NCBI GenBank assembly: GCA_964396145.1
Contig: CAYNEE010000003.1
Location: forward strand, 1-58,534
Direction of reading: 5' to 3'
Source: an uncultured Gammaproteobacteria bacterium
GTDB taxonomy: Bacteria > Patescibacteriota > Microgenomatia > UBA12405
DNA length: 58,534 nt
The notes beneath the pieces were generated by a model. That model was not told where the DNA came from. It ran no database searches and saw only the letters and a program-made list of their open reading frames with translations. Positions 1 to 9,738 of the stretch are shown one piece after another. Both the position numbers and the translations under genes were made by a program. Every line of letters starts with the position of its first letter. Within the stretch, counting starts at the first letter, position 1.

Positions 1-1014
1 CTTGATTTATCTGGGGTCAAATTAGTTCCCGACATTTTTGGTCTGAGCAAAAAAAGAATTGAACTTATTGAGGAAAACCTTCCGGAAAATTTTCACAGTC
101 AGCCTGCCCCCAACCGGGATATTCTCAGTCGCCTGAAAAACTTTTTAAACAAGAAACAAGTTTTATCTGACTATAATTTTCTTTTTTACCTCAGTGACGG
201 CTCTTCACCCTTTCTTTTTTCCAAAAAAAATTTTCTCCATGTTCAGGTTCCTTTTGTCACTAAATTCAATTCTTCCGAAAAATTTTTGAATTCTCTTAAG
301 GCTCGTTTTATTGACAAGGTTATCTGCAATTCTCAATTCACCTCTAAATTCCTAACCTCTTTTCCTGAAAATAAAATAACTGTTCTGTATCCTCCGGTAG
401 ATGTTGCCAAACTGGAGGGGGATGTAGACAAACAAAAAATAATCCTATCTGTAGGACGTTTTGACAATATCCTCAATGCCAAAAAACAGGATGTTCTCAT
501 TGAGGCTTTTATTAAGTTTTATAAAAAATCCCCCAAAACTGACTGGAAACTAGTTCTGGCTGGAGGTAGTCGGGAAGTTCCTGAAAAGAACAATTATTTG
601 ATTCATCTCCAGGAAATGGCTAAAGACTACCCTATTCATTTTGTCGTCAATCCCTCTTTTGAGGAATTAAAAAAGATATATGCCCGCTCCTCAATTTACT
701 GGCATGCTGCTGGTTTTGAGGTTGATGAATACCTTACTCCTGAGCAAACCGAACATTTTGGTATGACTGTGGTTGAGGCTATGGATTCTGGTCTCGTCCC
801 CCTGGTCGTCGCCAAGGGTGGTCTCACTGAAATTGTTGATAATGAAAAAAATGGTTTTCTATGGCAAACTATCGACGAGTTGGCTGCCAAGACACATCTG
901 TTAATTGCTACCCCCAAGACCCTCATGGAAATGTCTGAGAAAGCTCACGAAAGTGCCCAGGCTTTTTCCAAAGAAGTCTTTGCCGAAAGATTACTAAAAC
1001 TCATCAGGTCATGA
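1..1014 (+). CDS. GT4-family (GT-B) glycosyltransferase, 5' end cut by the window edge
   Basis: Frame 1 is open from nt 1, with no stop before the TTG at 286 used by the ORF track. The C-terminal motif EHFGMTVVEAMDSGLVPLVVAKGGLTEIV is typical of GT4 enzymes. Confidence 0.8.
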   Translation, partial: LDLSGVKLVPDIFGLSKKRIELIEENLPENFHSQPAPNRDILSRLKNFLNKKQVLSDYNFLFYLSDGSSPFLFSKKNFLHVQVPFVTKFNSSEKFLNSLKARFIDKVICNSQFTSKFLTSFPENKITVLYPPVDVAKLEGDVDKQKIILSVGRFDNILNAKKQDVLIEAFIKFYKKSPKTDWKLVLAGGSREVPEKNNYLIHLQEMAKDYPIHFVVNPSFEELKKIYARSSIYWHAAGFEVDEYLTPEQTEHFGMTVVEAMDSGLVPLVVAKGGLTEIVDNEKNGFLWQTIDELAAKTHLLIATPKTLMEMSEKAHESAQAFSKEVFAERLLKLIRS

Positions 1015-1883
1015 GAATTTCTCTGGTTGTTACTAATTGGAACGGTCTTGATTTGCTTAAAAAAAATCTTACCGAAATTATAGAAAAATCACCCGAAGTC
1101 TTAGAGATAATTGTTGCCGATGATGCTTCTACCGACCAGTCCCTGCCCTTTATTAAAAATCTCCAAAAGAAGTATCCCAAACTCACTTATCTAAAACACT
1201 CTCAAAACGTTGGTTTTGGTCGAAACCTTAATTCTGCCGTTAAAAAATCAAAAGGGGACTTAGTCGTAATTTTAAACAATGATATCCGCCCCCATAAAAA
1301 CTACATTAAAAACTCTCTCTCTCATTTTAAAGATCCAAAGGTCTTAGGTGTCACTTTTGCTGAGCTGGGCAACGAAAATTATGCCCGTTTTTTTTGGAAA
1401 CAGGGTTATCTCCAATTTGAAAAGGGCCGCTCTCAAAAGACTCACATTTCCGGTTGGCTCAATGGCGGCACCTCCATTGTTCGCAAAGATTATTTTCTAA
1501 AACTAGGTGGTTTTGATCACGTGTACGAGCCCTACTACTTTGAGGACTCAGATTTTGGTTTCCGTGCGTGGAAATCAGGCTATACTCTTCTTTGGGAGCC
1601 AAAAGCTGTGGTTGAGCACAAGCACGAATCTACCATGTCCCGACTTCCCAAAAAACATTTAATTTATGTCAAAGAGAGAAATCACTTAATTTTTACCAAA
1701 AGGAACATTACCAACAAGAGTCTTTTGTTCAAAAACAAAATTTTTTCTTTTCTTCGCATCCTTTCCGGTCCTAATTATTTAAAAATAATTCTTGCCGCCC
1801 GCCGTCAACTCAAAAAATACCCTGCCCCCATCGTCTTTCCCAAACGCACCGATATAGAGATTTTGAGAATGTTTAAAAAATGA
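1011..1883 (+). CDS. GT2-family glycosyltransferase (WbbL/rhamnosyltransferase-like subtype)
   Basis: Motifs ISLVVTNWNG, IIVADDASTDQS, NVGFGRNLNSAV, ILNNDI and EDSDFGFRAW. ATGA overlap with the upstream gene. Confidence 0.8.
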   Translation: MRISLVVTNWNGLDLLKKNLTEIIEKSPEVLEIIVADDASTDQSLPFIKNLQKKYPKLTYLKHSQNVGFGRNLNSAVKKSKGDLVVILNNDIRPHKNYIKNSLSHFKDPKVLGVTFAELGNENYARFFWKQGYLQFEKGRSQKTHISGWLNGGTSIVRKDYFLKLGGFDHVYEPYYFEDSDFGFRAWKSGYTLLWEPKAVVEHKHESTMSRLPKKHLIYVKERNHLIFTKRNITNKSLLFKNKIFSFLRILSGPNYLKIILAARRQLKKYPAPIVFPKRTDIEILRMFKK

Positions 1884-3193
1884 AATCATTTACCAATGTT
1901 TGGAAAATCTTGTTGATTATTTTTTTTTCCCTCCTATTAAGAATTTTTCTATCAAACGTCACTGTTCCTGTTGGCGATATTTTGGTTCACCAGGAATGGG
2001 CTAAAAGTTTATATCAAGAGGGGACCCGGGGTTCATATTTTCGTGAAGGCTGGACATATTCTCCGCCGACTCAACCATCACTCATGATGCTGGCTTATTC
2101 AGGCTCAAGATCAATTTATGAAAACAGAAATGTATTTTCTGCTATGCACAATCTTTTAAAAATTCCCCCTGCCTCTGTTTTATTGGGTTTTCAAAAATAT
2201 GGTCAAATTTTAACTTTGAAAATCTGGGAATTTTTAGCAACTCTAATTATCGCCTTCGTTTTCTATTTTTATTTTTCCAACCAAAAGTCATCAAAAATTG
2301 GTCTAATAATTTTTACTTTAATTTTATTTCACCCCATCTTAATTTTTACAAATTCCGTTTGGGGACAAAATGATTTGATACCGACCATGTTTGCTTATAT
2401 CTCCTTTCTTTTAATTTTTTCAAAGTACATTTACTATTCACCCATCATTTTTTTCTTGGGGGTTTTATTTAAGCCAACAATAATAGTTCTAACACCATTA
2501 TTTGCCATTGTATTTTTATTTTTCTATTTTAAAAACAAAAAAAATTTTTTAATCCTATTACCAATCATGTTGATAATCACAAGCTTTCTCTATCTTTCTT
2601 TTAAACCATTTATACCTACAGGGATTTCTCCTATTAATTACGTTCGAGACATTTACAATCACCGCATTAGTAATTCCTCAAAAGGATTAAATTTAGCCTC
2701 AGTTTCGGCTTTCAATCTTTATTCTTTATTATTTAACATCGATAAAACCTATGCCACTAAAACTCCACTGATCAGCATAGGTCTGCTCCTTTATATCCTG
2801 ATAAATGTAGTTTTCATTTATCATTTTTTAAAATCTAAAAATCATAGTTTTTCTCATTTACTTTTTACGATTTATTTTCTAGGCCAAGGCAGTTTTTTAC
2901 TTTTAACTAATATGTTAGAAAGATATTTTTTCCCGGCACTTTTAGCGAGCATTTTGATAATGGTTTTATATTGGAAAAAGTTTGGTCGGCTTATGCTTTT
3001 ACAACAATTAATTTGGTTTTTGAATTTAATTTACGCCTATTACCATCGTCAAAGCGAATTTATTAGTTATGTTTTCAAAGAAAATAACTTCATCTTTGTT
3101 CGTTTGTTGTCTTTTTGTAGTTTGCTAATTTTTTTCTTATTGACCAAAAAATATTTAATTTTAGTCAAATTTAAAAATGAAAAATTTTCTTAG
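1880..3193 (+). CDS. Polytopic GT-C-type membrane glycosyltransferase, HERY-motif family (Gpi18/ALG6-ALG8-like, COG5542-like), paralogue A
   Basis: More than 10 hydrophobic segments. Loop-1 motif GDILVHQEW, then YSPPTQPSLMMLAY, WGQNDLIPTMFAY and C-terminal NMLERYFFPALL. The same motif order occurs in 3177-5225 (C-terminal half) and 6864-8150. Confidence 0.55.
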   Translation: MKSFTNVWKILLIIFFSLLLRIFLSNVTVPVGDILVHQEWAKSLYQEGTRGSYFREGWTYSPPTQPSLMMLAYSGSRSIYENRNVFSAMHNLLKIPPASVLLGFQKYGQILTLKIWEFLATLIIAFVFYFYFSNQKSSKIGLIIFTLILFHPILIFTNSVWGQNDLIPTMFAYISFLLIFSKYIYYSPIIFFLGVLFKPTIIVLTPLFAIVFLFFYFKNKKNFLILLPIMLIITSFLYLSFKPFIPTGISPINYVRDIYNHRISNSSKGLNLASVSAFNLYSLLFNIDKTYATKTPLISIGLLLYILINVVFIYHFLKSKNHSFSHLLFTIYFLGQGSFLLLTNMLERYFFPALLASILIMVLYWKKFGRLMLLQQLIWFLNLIYAYYHRQSEFISYVFKENNFIFVRLLSFCSLLIFFLLTKKYLILVKFKNEKFS

Positions 3194-5225
3194 TATTATT
3201 ATCCCCACCTGGAATACCGCAGAAATTACTCTAAAATGTGTCCGATCTCTTCAAAAATATCTCAAAAATTTTCCTCACGAAATTATTATCGTTGATAATG
3301 CTTCTACTGATAATACAGTCGCAAAGTTTAAAAAAGAAAAGGGGATTGTCCTCATCCAAAATAAAAAGAACTTAGGTTTTGCTAAAGCCTGCAATATTGG
3401 ATCAAAAAAATCAAAAGGGGATTATCTCTTTTTTCTCAACTCCGACATGATAGCCCTCGATAATAGCCTCATTAAAATGTGCGAATACCTAAAAAATAAC
3501 CCTAAAATAGGCCTTATTGGTCCAAAGTATCTTAATATCGACCGATCAGTTCAGGGCTCTGTTTTTCCACCCCAAACTCCTCTTAATGCTTTGAAAGAAT
3601 TTTGGCTGGGAAAAAATGCTTACTCCAAATACTCTCCTCGGTCTAAAAAACCCATCGAAGTCCATTCCCTTTCCGGTGGAGCCATATTAATTTCTAAGAA
3701 GTTGTTTAATGAGGTTGGCGGTTGGGATGAGCGTTATTTTATGTACTTTGAAGACCTAGAACTTTGTCGTCAGATCAAAAAGTTAGGTTATAAAATTTTT
3801 TATTATCCACAGTGTCGCTTCGTCCACCGCCATGGCGCCAGTGGCCAAAAACTGGCTGACTCCAGCAACCAATGGCGTCGACTAGTTCCCAGTTCGAAAA
3901 TTTATCATGGACATCTTACACACTACTATCTCTTTTCAATAACCTGGCTCGCTCAAAAAATCAATAAATTAAACATTAAAAAAATTTTATTACTCGCATT
4001 TATTATAAGATTATTTTTACTTCCATGGATATATCACGGTGATATTACAGTAACTTATTGGTGGGGAAAATTTGCCGCCGAATTCACCTGGAGAGGTTAC
4101 TATGATTGGCTAAATTTTGGCGGATACGGTCGCCCTGACCAACCAATGCTAAATATCTTTTATGTTTGGCTTGTTCGTCTTTTTTATTTACTAGTCCACC
4201 AAATTATTTGGTTTATTAATGTAAATATTCCTGCTTTTCCCTCAAAAATAATGAGCTGGTTTTTCCTGCATGGCAACCAGGTTTTATTGAAACTACCCAT
4301 GATTATTGCGGATACCGCAATTATCTATTTTGTATATTCCTTTGTTAGCAAATCTTTGTCAAAAACTAAAGCAACTTTTGCTGCTATTTTTCTGGCACTT
4401 TATTTACCCATGATTTATAACAGTGCTCTTTGGGGGAGCGGAGATAGTATTATCAATCTCCTGGCTTTACTCGCTATTTATTTCCTTTATCATAAAAAAT
4501 ATCTTCTTTTTACTTTCCTCTTCCTTTGTTCTATTTTGTACAAGTTTTCTCTGGCTATATGGTCACCAGTAATTCTTACAATTCTTATTTATCAACGAAT
4601 TAAACTCGCAGACATTATTAAATCAGTTGGTCTTTCTGTAATTTTTATTTACCTAGTCTCTTTTCCTTTTGCCACAAAAAATCCTTTTATCTGGTTTTGG
4701 GAAACTATAACTCAAAAAATCATGCCCGGTGCAATGCCACAAATTACTTCTAATGCTATGAATTTCTGGGGAGTTATATTTGGATTGAAGCCGCGTCTTG
4801 ATGAAACTTTAGTTTTTAATCTTATTTCTTTTAGACAACTTTCCTTGTTAATTTGTCTAGTTTTTTACATTTATATCTGCGTAAAACTTTATAAAAACTT
4901 CTCCATTAAAAATGTTTTACTAACCCTGGTTCAAATTACTCTGGTAACCTTTACTTTCATGACCCGCATGCACGAGCGATATACCTATCCAGCCCTGATC
5001 CCTTTACTACTTTTATCGCTATATGATCGGAAGTTTTTTAAATACTTTATTATTTTATCTGTCACCCATTGTTTGAACGTATATAATTGGTGGTGGATCC
5101 CCAAAATCCCCTTTCTCATTACTTTACTTAAATCAGAAGTAACTACGAGAATTATTAGCCTAATTCAAACTTTATTAACAATTAGCCTCCTCTCGACAAA
5201 GTTATTTACCTCTAAAAATGAATAA
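3177..5225 (+). CDS. Bifunctional fusion: N-terminal GT2 glycosyltransferase (about aa 1-260) plus C-terminal HERY-motif GT-C membrane glycosyltransferase (about aa 262-682), paralogue B
   Basis: GT2 part: LSIIIPTWNT, IIIVDNASTDNT, NLGFAKACNIG, FLNSDM, FEDLELCRQIKKLGY. GT-C part: NIKKILLLAFIIRLF, HGDITVTYWW, GRPDQPMLNIFYVW, WGSGDSIINLLAL, RMHERYTYPALIPLL. No stop or start codon at the junction. Confidence 0.75.
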   Translation: MKNFLSIIIPTWNTAEITLKCVRSLQKYLKNFPHEIIIVDNASTDNTVAKFKKEKGIVLIQNKKNLGFAKACNIGSKKSKGDYLFFLNSDMIALDNSLIKMCEYLKNNPKIGLIGPKYLNIDRSVQGSVFPPQTPLNALKEFWLGKNAYSKYSPRSKKPIEVHSLSGGAILISKKLFNEVGGWDERYFMYFEDLELCRQIKKLGYKIFYYPQCRFVHRHGASGQKLADSSNQWRRLVPSSKIYHGHLTHYYLFSITWLAQKINKLNIKKILLLAFIIRLFLLPWIYHGDITVTYWWGKFAAEFTWRGYYDWLNFGGYGRPDQPMLNIFYVWLVRLFYLLVHQIIWFINVNIPAFPSKIMSWFFLHGNQVLLKLPMIIADTAIIYFVYSFVSKSLSKTKATFAAIFLALYLPMIYNSALWGSGDSIINLLALLAIYFLYHKKYLLFTFLFLCSILYKFSLAIWSPVILTILIYQRIKLADIIKSVGLSVIFIYLVSFPFATKNPFIWFWETITQKIMPGAMPQITSNAMNFWGVIFGLKPRLDETLVFNLISFRQLSLLICLVFYIYICVKLYKNFSIKNVLLTLVQITLVTFTFMTRMHERYTYPALIPLLLLSLYDRKFFKYFIILSVTHCLNVYNWWWIPKIPFLITLLKSEVTTRIISLIQTLLTISLLSTKLFTSKNE

Positions 5226-6852
5226 AAAAATAACCTTGGTGCTTTTGCTTATTTTCACCTTTTTAATCAGATTTTTGTTTCTTGACAAAAACCCACCCGC
5301 ACTTTTTTTTGATGAAGTTGACGCTGCTTACCAGGCTGAGATTTTTAACATGCAGCAAGGTGACTATTTTGGCAATAAGTATCCCGTCCATTTTCATTCC
5401 TTAGCTGATTGGCGCACTCCTTTATATATCTACTCTGTTTCTCTAGTCAAAACCGTTGTTAACCACCCGGAGATATCAGTTCGCCTTCCATCAGTCATTT
5501 TTAGCACTCTTTCGGTTTATTTCTTTTACCTTTTGACAAATTCATTTTTAGCTACCGCCCTCTTTAGTCTCAACCCTTGGTCCATACATTACGGACGCAG
5601 CGCTTTTGAAGTCTCAGGAATGCTTATGGCTCTTTTGGGAGGTTTCTATTATCTTAAAAAATATTTTACTAATTATCATCTTTTTTATTTATTTCTTTCC
5701 GTTTTATTCTTCATTCTAACGCCATATTTTTATAGTACTAGTAAAGCCTTCTTGGTTTTTTTGGCCCTCGGCATCTTAATCATTTACTGGCATCAATTAA
5801 AAAAAATACCTTTAAAACATTGGTTTATAGGCTTATTTTTATGTATCATTCTTTTAGCTCCACTTGGTCTAGATACACTTAATGGTCGTGCTGGTTTCCG
5901 ATTTTCTTATATAAACATATTTCATGATCCTCATAGTGCTGATAAAGTCAATTTTGAACGTTATAGTGACTATATTTTATCTTCGCCGTCGAGTCTTTTG
6001 TCATCAAAAATAAACCATAATAAAATTACCTTGGTTTTAAATCGCTTTATTAATAATTATTTTTCTGCATTTTCTACTGATTTTCTTTTTATTAGAGGAG
6101 ATAGTAATTCACGCCACGGTTTTGATGGACACGGTCTTTTCTATTATATTGATGCCTTATTAATTATTTTGGGACTGGTTGGTATTTATAAACAAAAAAA
6201 AGTTTCTGAAACGGACAAATTTTTCATTTTTCTACTCATTACTGCGCCTATTCCTTTTTCTTTGACTACTGATTCCACCGGTGGTCATGCCACCCGTTTA
6301 ATTTTAATGCTACCTTCTCTAATCTATCTGGTCTACCGTGGCGCCCTAATTGTTAAAAAAAGTTCCAAACTCCTTTTTAAAATATTGTTACTTGTATATT
6401 TAGTATCTGTATTTCACTTTTACCACTTCTATCGCTATGACTACCCACAGAAAAACGCTATGTACTGGCAAGCCAACGTAAAAGAATCCGTCGAGGCTAC
6501 AAAAAAATACTCTCAGCCAATTTACTTTTCTTCCTTTTATGAATCGTTCTTGCCATTTTTTTTATATTATCAACCCTATCTTCCTGTTGATGCCCCCAGC
6601 CTCCACTTACATCCAGTGGACAGCGACATAATCAGTGGTAGCAGCCTTGACAGCCATTACTTCTTTGGACATATAAAATGGAACAATTTTAATAAGATAT
6701 CCATACCACCAAGTATTTTTGTAGTTCCTGCCACTGAGCTGAGCCAGTTACCTTTAGATAAGAATCAACAACCTCTTCTAAAACAACTTGAATTTATACC
6801 CAAAAAATATATTAACTCACAAGACTTCTATATTTTTAGTTATGAAAAATAA
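5218..6852 (+). CDS. ArnT/PMT-type (PMT_2-like, GT39/GT83-like) GT-C glycosyltransferase, array copy 1
   Basis: Polytopic protein of 544 aa. Loop-1 FFDEVDAAYQAE, VRLPSVIF, FIRGDSNSRHGFDGHG, GGHATRL, and a C-terminal soluble domain. The architecture is shared with the five downstream copies. Confidence 0.7.
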   Translation: MNKKITLVLLLIFTFLIRFLFLDKNPPALFFDEVDAAYQAEIFNMQQGDYFGNKYPVHFHSLADWRTPLYIYSVSLVKTVVNHPEISVRLPSVIFSTLSVYFFYLLTNSFLATALFSLNPWSIHYGRSAFEVSGMLMALLGGFYYLKKYFTNYHLFYLFLSVLFFILTPYFYSTSKAFLVFLALGILIIYWHQLKKIPLKHWFIGLFLCIILLAPLGLDTLNGRAGFRFSYINIFHDPHSADKVNFERYSDYILSSPSSLLSSKINHNKITLVLNRFINNYFSAFSTDFLFIRGDSNSRHGFDGHGLFYYIDALLIILGLVGIYKQKKVSETDKFFIFLLITAPIPFSLTTDSTGGHATRLILMLPSLIYLVYRGALIVKKSSKLLFKILLLVYLVSVFHFYHFYRYDYPQKNAMYWQANVKESVEATKKYSQPIYFSSFYESFLPFFLYYQPYLPVDAPSLHLHPVDSDIISGSSLDSHYFFGHIKWNNFNKISIPPSIFVVPATELSQLPLDKNQQPLLKQLEFIPKKYINSQDFYIFSYEK

Positions 6853-6863
6853 GATTGTGTAAT

Positions 6864-8150
6864 ATGCTTCTCCCAAAAATTAAAATAGATATCAAAAAAA
6901 TCTTATTGTCGGCTTTTGTTTTAAGAATTATTTTAGTGTTTATATCCCAATCTCACCCTGACATATTAAACCACGTTGACTGGGGTAACCGCTTGCTGGA
7001 GCTTGGTCCCTATAAATTTTATGAAAATATTTTTTGGGGAGTCTCTTGGCCAAACCAACCTTTTGCCAGTATGTATCTTTTTGCTCTTATTAAACTTGTA
7101 CGCGATTTAATTTTCAATATTTTTTTGTTTTTAAACAATCAATTTTCCCTCTTTCCTTCTTTTGTTATTCCTGTTTTAGAGCAAAATTTACAAATTTGGT
7201 TGCTTAAACTGCCTTTTATTTTAGCCGATCTTGGTATTGCCTTTTTTGTTTATAAATTTTTAACTGAGAGAAAAAATAAACATGCACTTTTAGCCGCCAT
7301 CATGTTCCTTTTCAATCCGATTGTCATCTACAACTCAACCATCTGGGGACAAACTGACAGTCTCATTAATTTACTTATTCTGGCCGGATTTTACTTTGTC
7401 TATAAAAAACATTATTTTTTAGGAATTTTTCTAACTCTAATTTCTTTTACCTTTAAACTGTCTCTAATTATCTATTTACCTTTATTCTTAATTTTATTAT
7501 GGAAGCGTCGCAATGATTGGAAAAAAATATTATTCTCATTTTTGTTTACCTTTGTTACCATTGTTCTTTTGGCGTGGCCTTTTTCAATTTATCCCAATCC
7601 ACTCAAGTGGCTTCTCTATCTTTATCAAAACCGGGTTTTACCCCGACAGGGCAATATGCTCAACGGCAATGCCTTTAATTCTTGGTTTATCCTCTACGGC
7701 CCTGACTTTTCTCTTTCAGACTCTCTGCCACTCCTGGGTATAGCCGCCAAAAAAATCTCTTATGCTTTCACTATTATTGTTTTGTTTTTTATCTATTTAA
7801 AAATATTCATTAGAAAATCTACTTCTACTGATTTCATTTTTGCCCTCTTTTTGACTGCTTTTACCGCCTTTTTATTTTTAACCAATATGCATGAACGTTA
7901 TCTTTACCCTATCTTTCCATTGTTTAGTTTATTAATTTTTCTTATACCCAAATATTTTAATCTTAAACACCTGGTTATTATCAGTTTCATTCACTTACTC
8001 AATCTCTATAACCTTTGGTTTTATCCTCTTATCACCCCACTAAAATCTATTTTAATCTTTTCAGACTTCCTAGTCTGCAAAATTCTCAGTATAATTCTCT
8101 TAGTTTATTATGTTAAATACCTCTACGCCTATTTTAAGAAGAGTTACTAA
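6864..8150 (+). CDS. HERY-motif GT-C membrane glycosyltransferase, paralogue C
   Basis: I prefer the ATG at 6864 over the track's TTG at 6855. Motifs IDIKKILLSAFVLRII, HPDILNHVDWG, WPNQPFASMYLFAL, WGQTDSLINLLIL and NMHERYLYPIFPLF. It is closest to the C-terminal half of 3177-5225. Confidence 0.55.
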   Translation: MLLPKIKIDIKKILLSAFVLRIILVFISQSHPDILNHVDWGNRLLELGPYKFYENIFWGVSWPNQPFASMYLFALIKLVRDLIFNIFLFLNNQFSLFPSFVIPVLEQNLQIWLLKLPFILADLGIAFFVYKFLTERKNKHALLAAIMFLFNPIVIYNSTIWGQTDSLINLLILAGFYFVYKKHYFLGIFLTLISFTFKLSLIIYLPLFLILLWKRRNDWKKILFSFLFTFVTIVLLAWPFSIYPNPLKWLLYLYQNRVLPRQGNMLNGNAFNSWFILYGPDFSLSDSLPLLGIAAKKISYAFTIIVLFFIYLKIFIRKSTSTDFIFALFLTAFTAFLFLTNMHERYLYPIFPLFSLLIFLIPKYFNLKHLVIISFIHLLNLYNLWFYPLITPLKSILIFSDFLVCKILSIILLVYYVKYLYAYFKKSY

Positions 8151-9738
8151 AGTCAGGACATGTCTTATTTTATTTTTATTGGCATTTTTTCTCCTCCGTT
8201 TTTCATTTATCAACAACACCCCTCTATTTGGAGATGAAATCGATGTCGGTAATCAGGCTTATTCTCTCCTAAAGACAGGTCGTGACTATCGAGGTAACTT
8301 ATTTCCTACCTATATCCAATCATTTTCAGAGTCACGAGCTCCTCTTTTAATGTACCTCACCATTCCTTTTATTGCCATTTTTGGGCAAAATTCTTTAGGG
8401 GTGAGACTACCTCCCTTGCTTTTTTCCTTACTAGCTTTGTACTTCTTTTATCTCTTGGTAAAAAAGGTCTCAAAAAATAAACCATTGGCTTTGATTGCCG
8501 TTTTTATTATGGGAACTTCACCGATATTTTTTCATTACTCTGCCCTGGCTTTTGAATCAAGTTTATTATTGCTACTAGTACTGGCCGGAACTTATTATTA
8601 CTTGGAAAATAAATGGTTACTTTCCTTTATGTTATTTGCTTTATCTTTTTATACCTACAATACGGCTAATGTTTTTACGCCCCTGATTTTACTTTTTCTT
8701 TTCATAAGTCACCTCAAAAAAATTAAAAACTATAAAAGATTTTTTCTATCCACTCTCCCGGCTCTATTTTTGCTGTTACCTCTTATCTATCAAATTGTCT
8801 TTGGTTCAGCCGCCAGCCGCTTTTCCTTAATCAGCATTTTTGGCCATCAAAACACTGAAACTGTTGAAATCAAGCGCTCAAGCGCCCCCAATCCTTATTC
8901 TATTTCTGAAAAGATTTTTCACAATCGACCTCGTGAAATTGTTCAAGTCTTTTTAAAAAATTATCTGACCTCTTTTTCTCCCCAAACACTCTTTATCAGT
9001 GGTGATTCCAATCCCCGCCACTCCGTCCCCGGCTTTGGGTTTTTATTGTTATCCCTGGCTCTATTATCACCCCTGATATTCCTTTCAAAACCCAATAAAT
9101 TATTTATCTATTGGCTTTTCATCGCTCCCATAGCTTCTTCGCTTACTCTAAACGGTGGCGAGCATGCCACTCGACTTTTTATAATTATACCTGCCATCGT
9201 CTATCTTTATTCATTGGCTTTTTCCATACTTTGGTCAAAATCAAAAACTATTTCTTATTTATTTTTAATAGCCCTGATTTTTTGCTTTCTTTCTTTTTTA
9301 CACGAGTACCGGACTCATTACCCAAAAGACCATTACCAGTCCTGGGGCTACGGTTATCAGGAGGTTTTTCAAAACGAAGATCTAAAAAATTATCCACTTT
9401 ATATCTCCAACCCAAATTACAATTTACTTAACCCCTACCTTTTTTATCAAAAGCCGGATTTAAGAATTCTCCAATCCGGTTTTATAGATCAACCCAAATT
9501 CTTAACAGACGGCTTGGAGGGCTATGAGCTGGGCCAGGCCCGTTTTATTATTAATTGGCATGGCGACACTCTTGAAACTATCAAAAATATAGCCAAACCA
9601 GGTGATATCTTTGTCTTGACCCAATTAAAAGACATCCCTGGCGATATGATTTTAGACAAATTCACTGGTTTCAATCTTATTAATGTTATAAAAACACCAC
9701 TAGATCAACCTCTCTACCAAATTATCCAAAAACAATGA
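8110..9738 (+). CDS. ArnT/PMT-type GT-C glycosyltransferase, array copy 2
   Basis: FGDEIDVGNQAYSLLKTGRDYRG, VRLPPLLF, FISGDSNPRHSVPGFG, GEHATRL. The start is uncertain because the 8110 ATG overlaps the upstream gene by 41 nt. Confidence 0.7.
   Translation: MLNTSTPILRRVTKVRTCLILFLLAFFLLRFSFINNTPLFGDEIDVGNQAYSLLKTGRDYRGNLFPTYIQSFSESRAPLLMYLTIPFIAIFGQNSLGVRLPPLLFSLLALYFFYLLVKKVSKNKPLALIAVFIMGTSPIFFHYSALAFESSLLLLLVLAGTYYYLENKWLLSFMLFALSFYTYNTANVFTPLILLFLFISHLKKIKNYKRFFLSTLPALFLLLPLIYQIVFGSAASRFSLISIFGHQNTETVEIKRSSAPNPYSISEKIFHNRPREIVQVFLKNYLTSFSPQTLFISGDSNPRHSVPGFGFLLLSLALLSPLIFLSKPNKLFIYWLFIAPIASSLTLNGGEHATRLFIIIPAIVYLYSLAFSILWSKSKTISYLFLIALIFCFLSFLHEYRTHYPKDHYQSWGYGYQEVFQNEDLKNYPLYISNPNYNLLNPYLFYQKPDLRILQSGFIDQPKFLTDGLEGYELGQARFIINWHGDTLETIKNIAKPGDIFVLTQLKDIPGDMILDKFTGFNLINVIKTPLDQPLYQIIQKQ

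Noticed and set aside
696-926. Short ORFs nested in or antisense to the large CDSs. Examples: 696-926(-), 7513-7743(+), 9111-9431(+), 18070-18315(-), 20446-20760(-), 21022-21354(-), 49492-49749(-), 50913-51167(-), 56554-56817(-).
   Set aside because: Each lies entirely within a longer ORF that has clear family motifs. Their translations are low-complexity or Arg/Ser/Pro-rich, as expected for off-frame readings. None has its own start context or recognisable motif.
1920-1928. T8-T9 homopolymer tracts near the 5' ends of GT-C genes (1920-1928, 9774-9781, 11396-11403), considered as possible slipped-strand phase-variation switches.
   Set aside because: They encode Phe-Phe-type residues in the first TM helix. 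Runs of 8 A or T occur throughout this AT-rich window, in genes of every type. None is long enough (10 or more) to stand out. Population read data would be needed to revive the idea.
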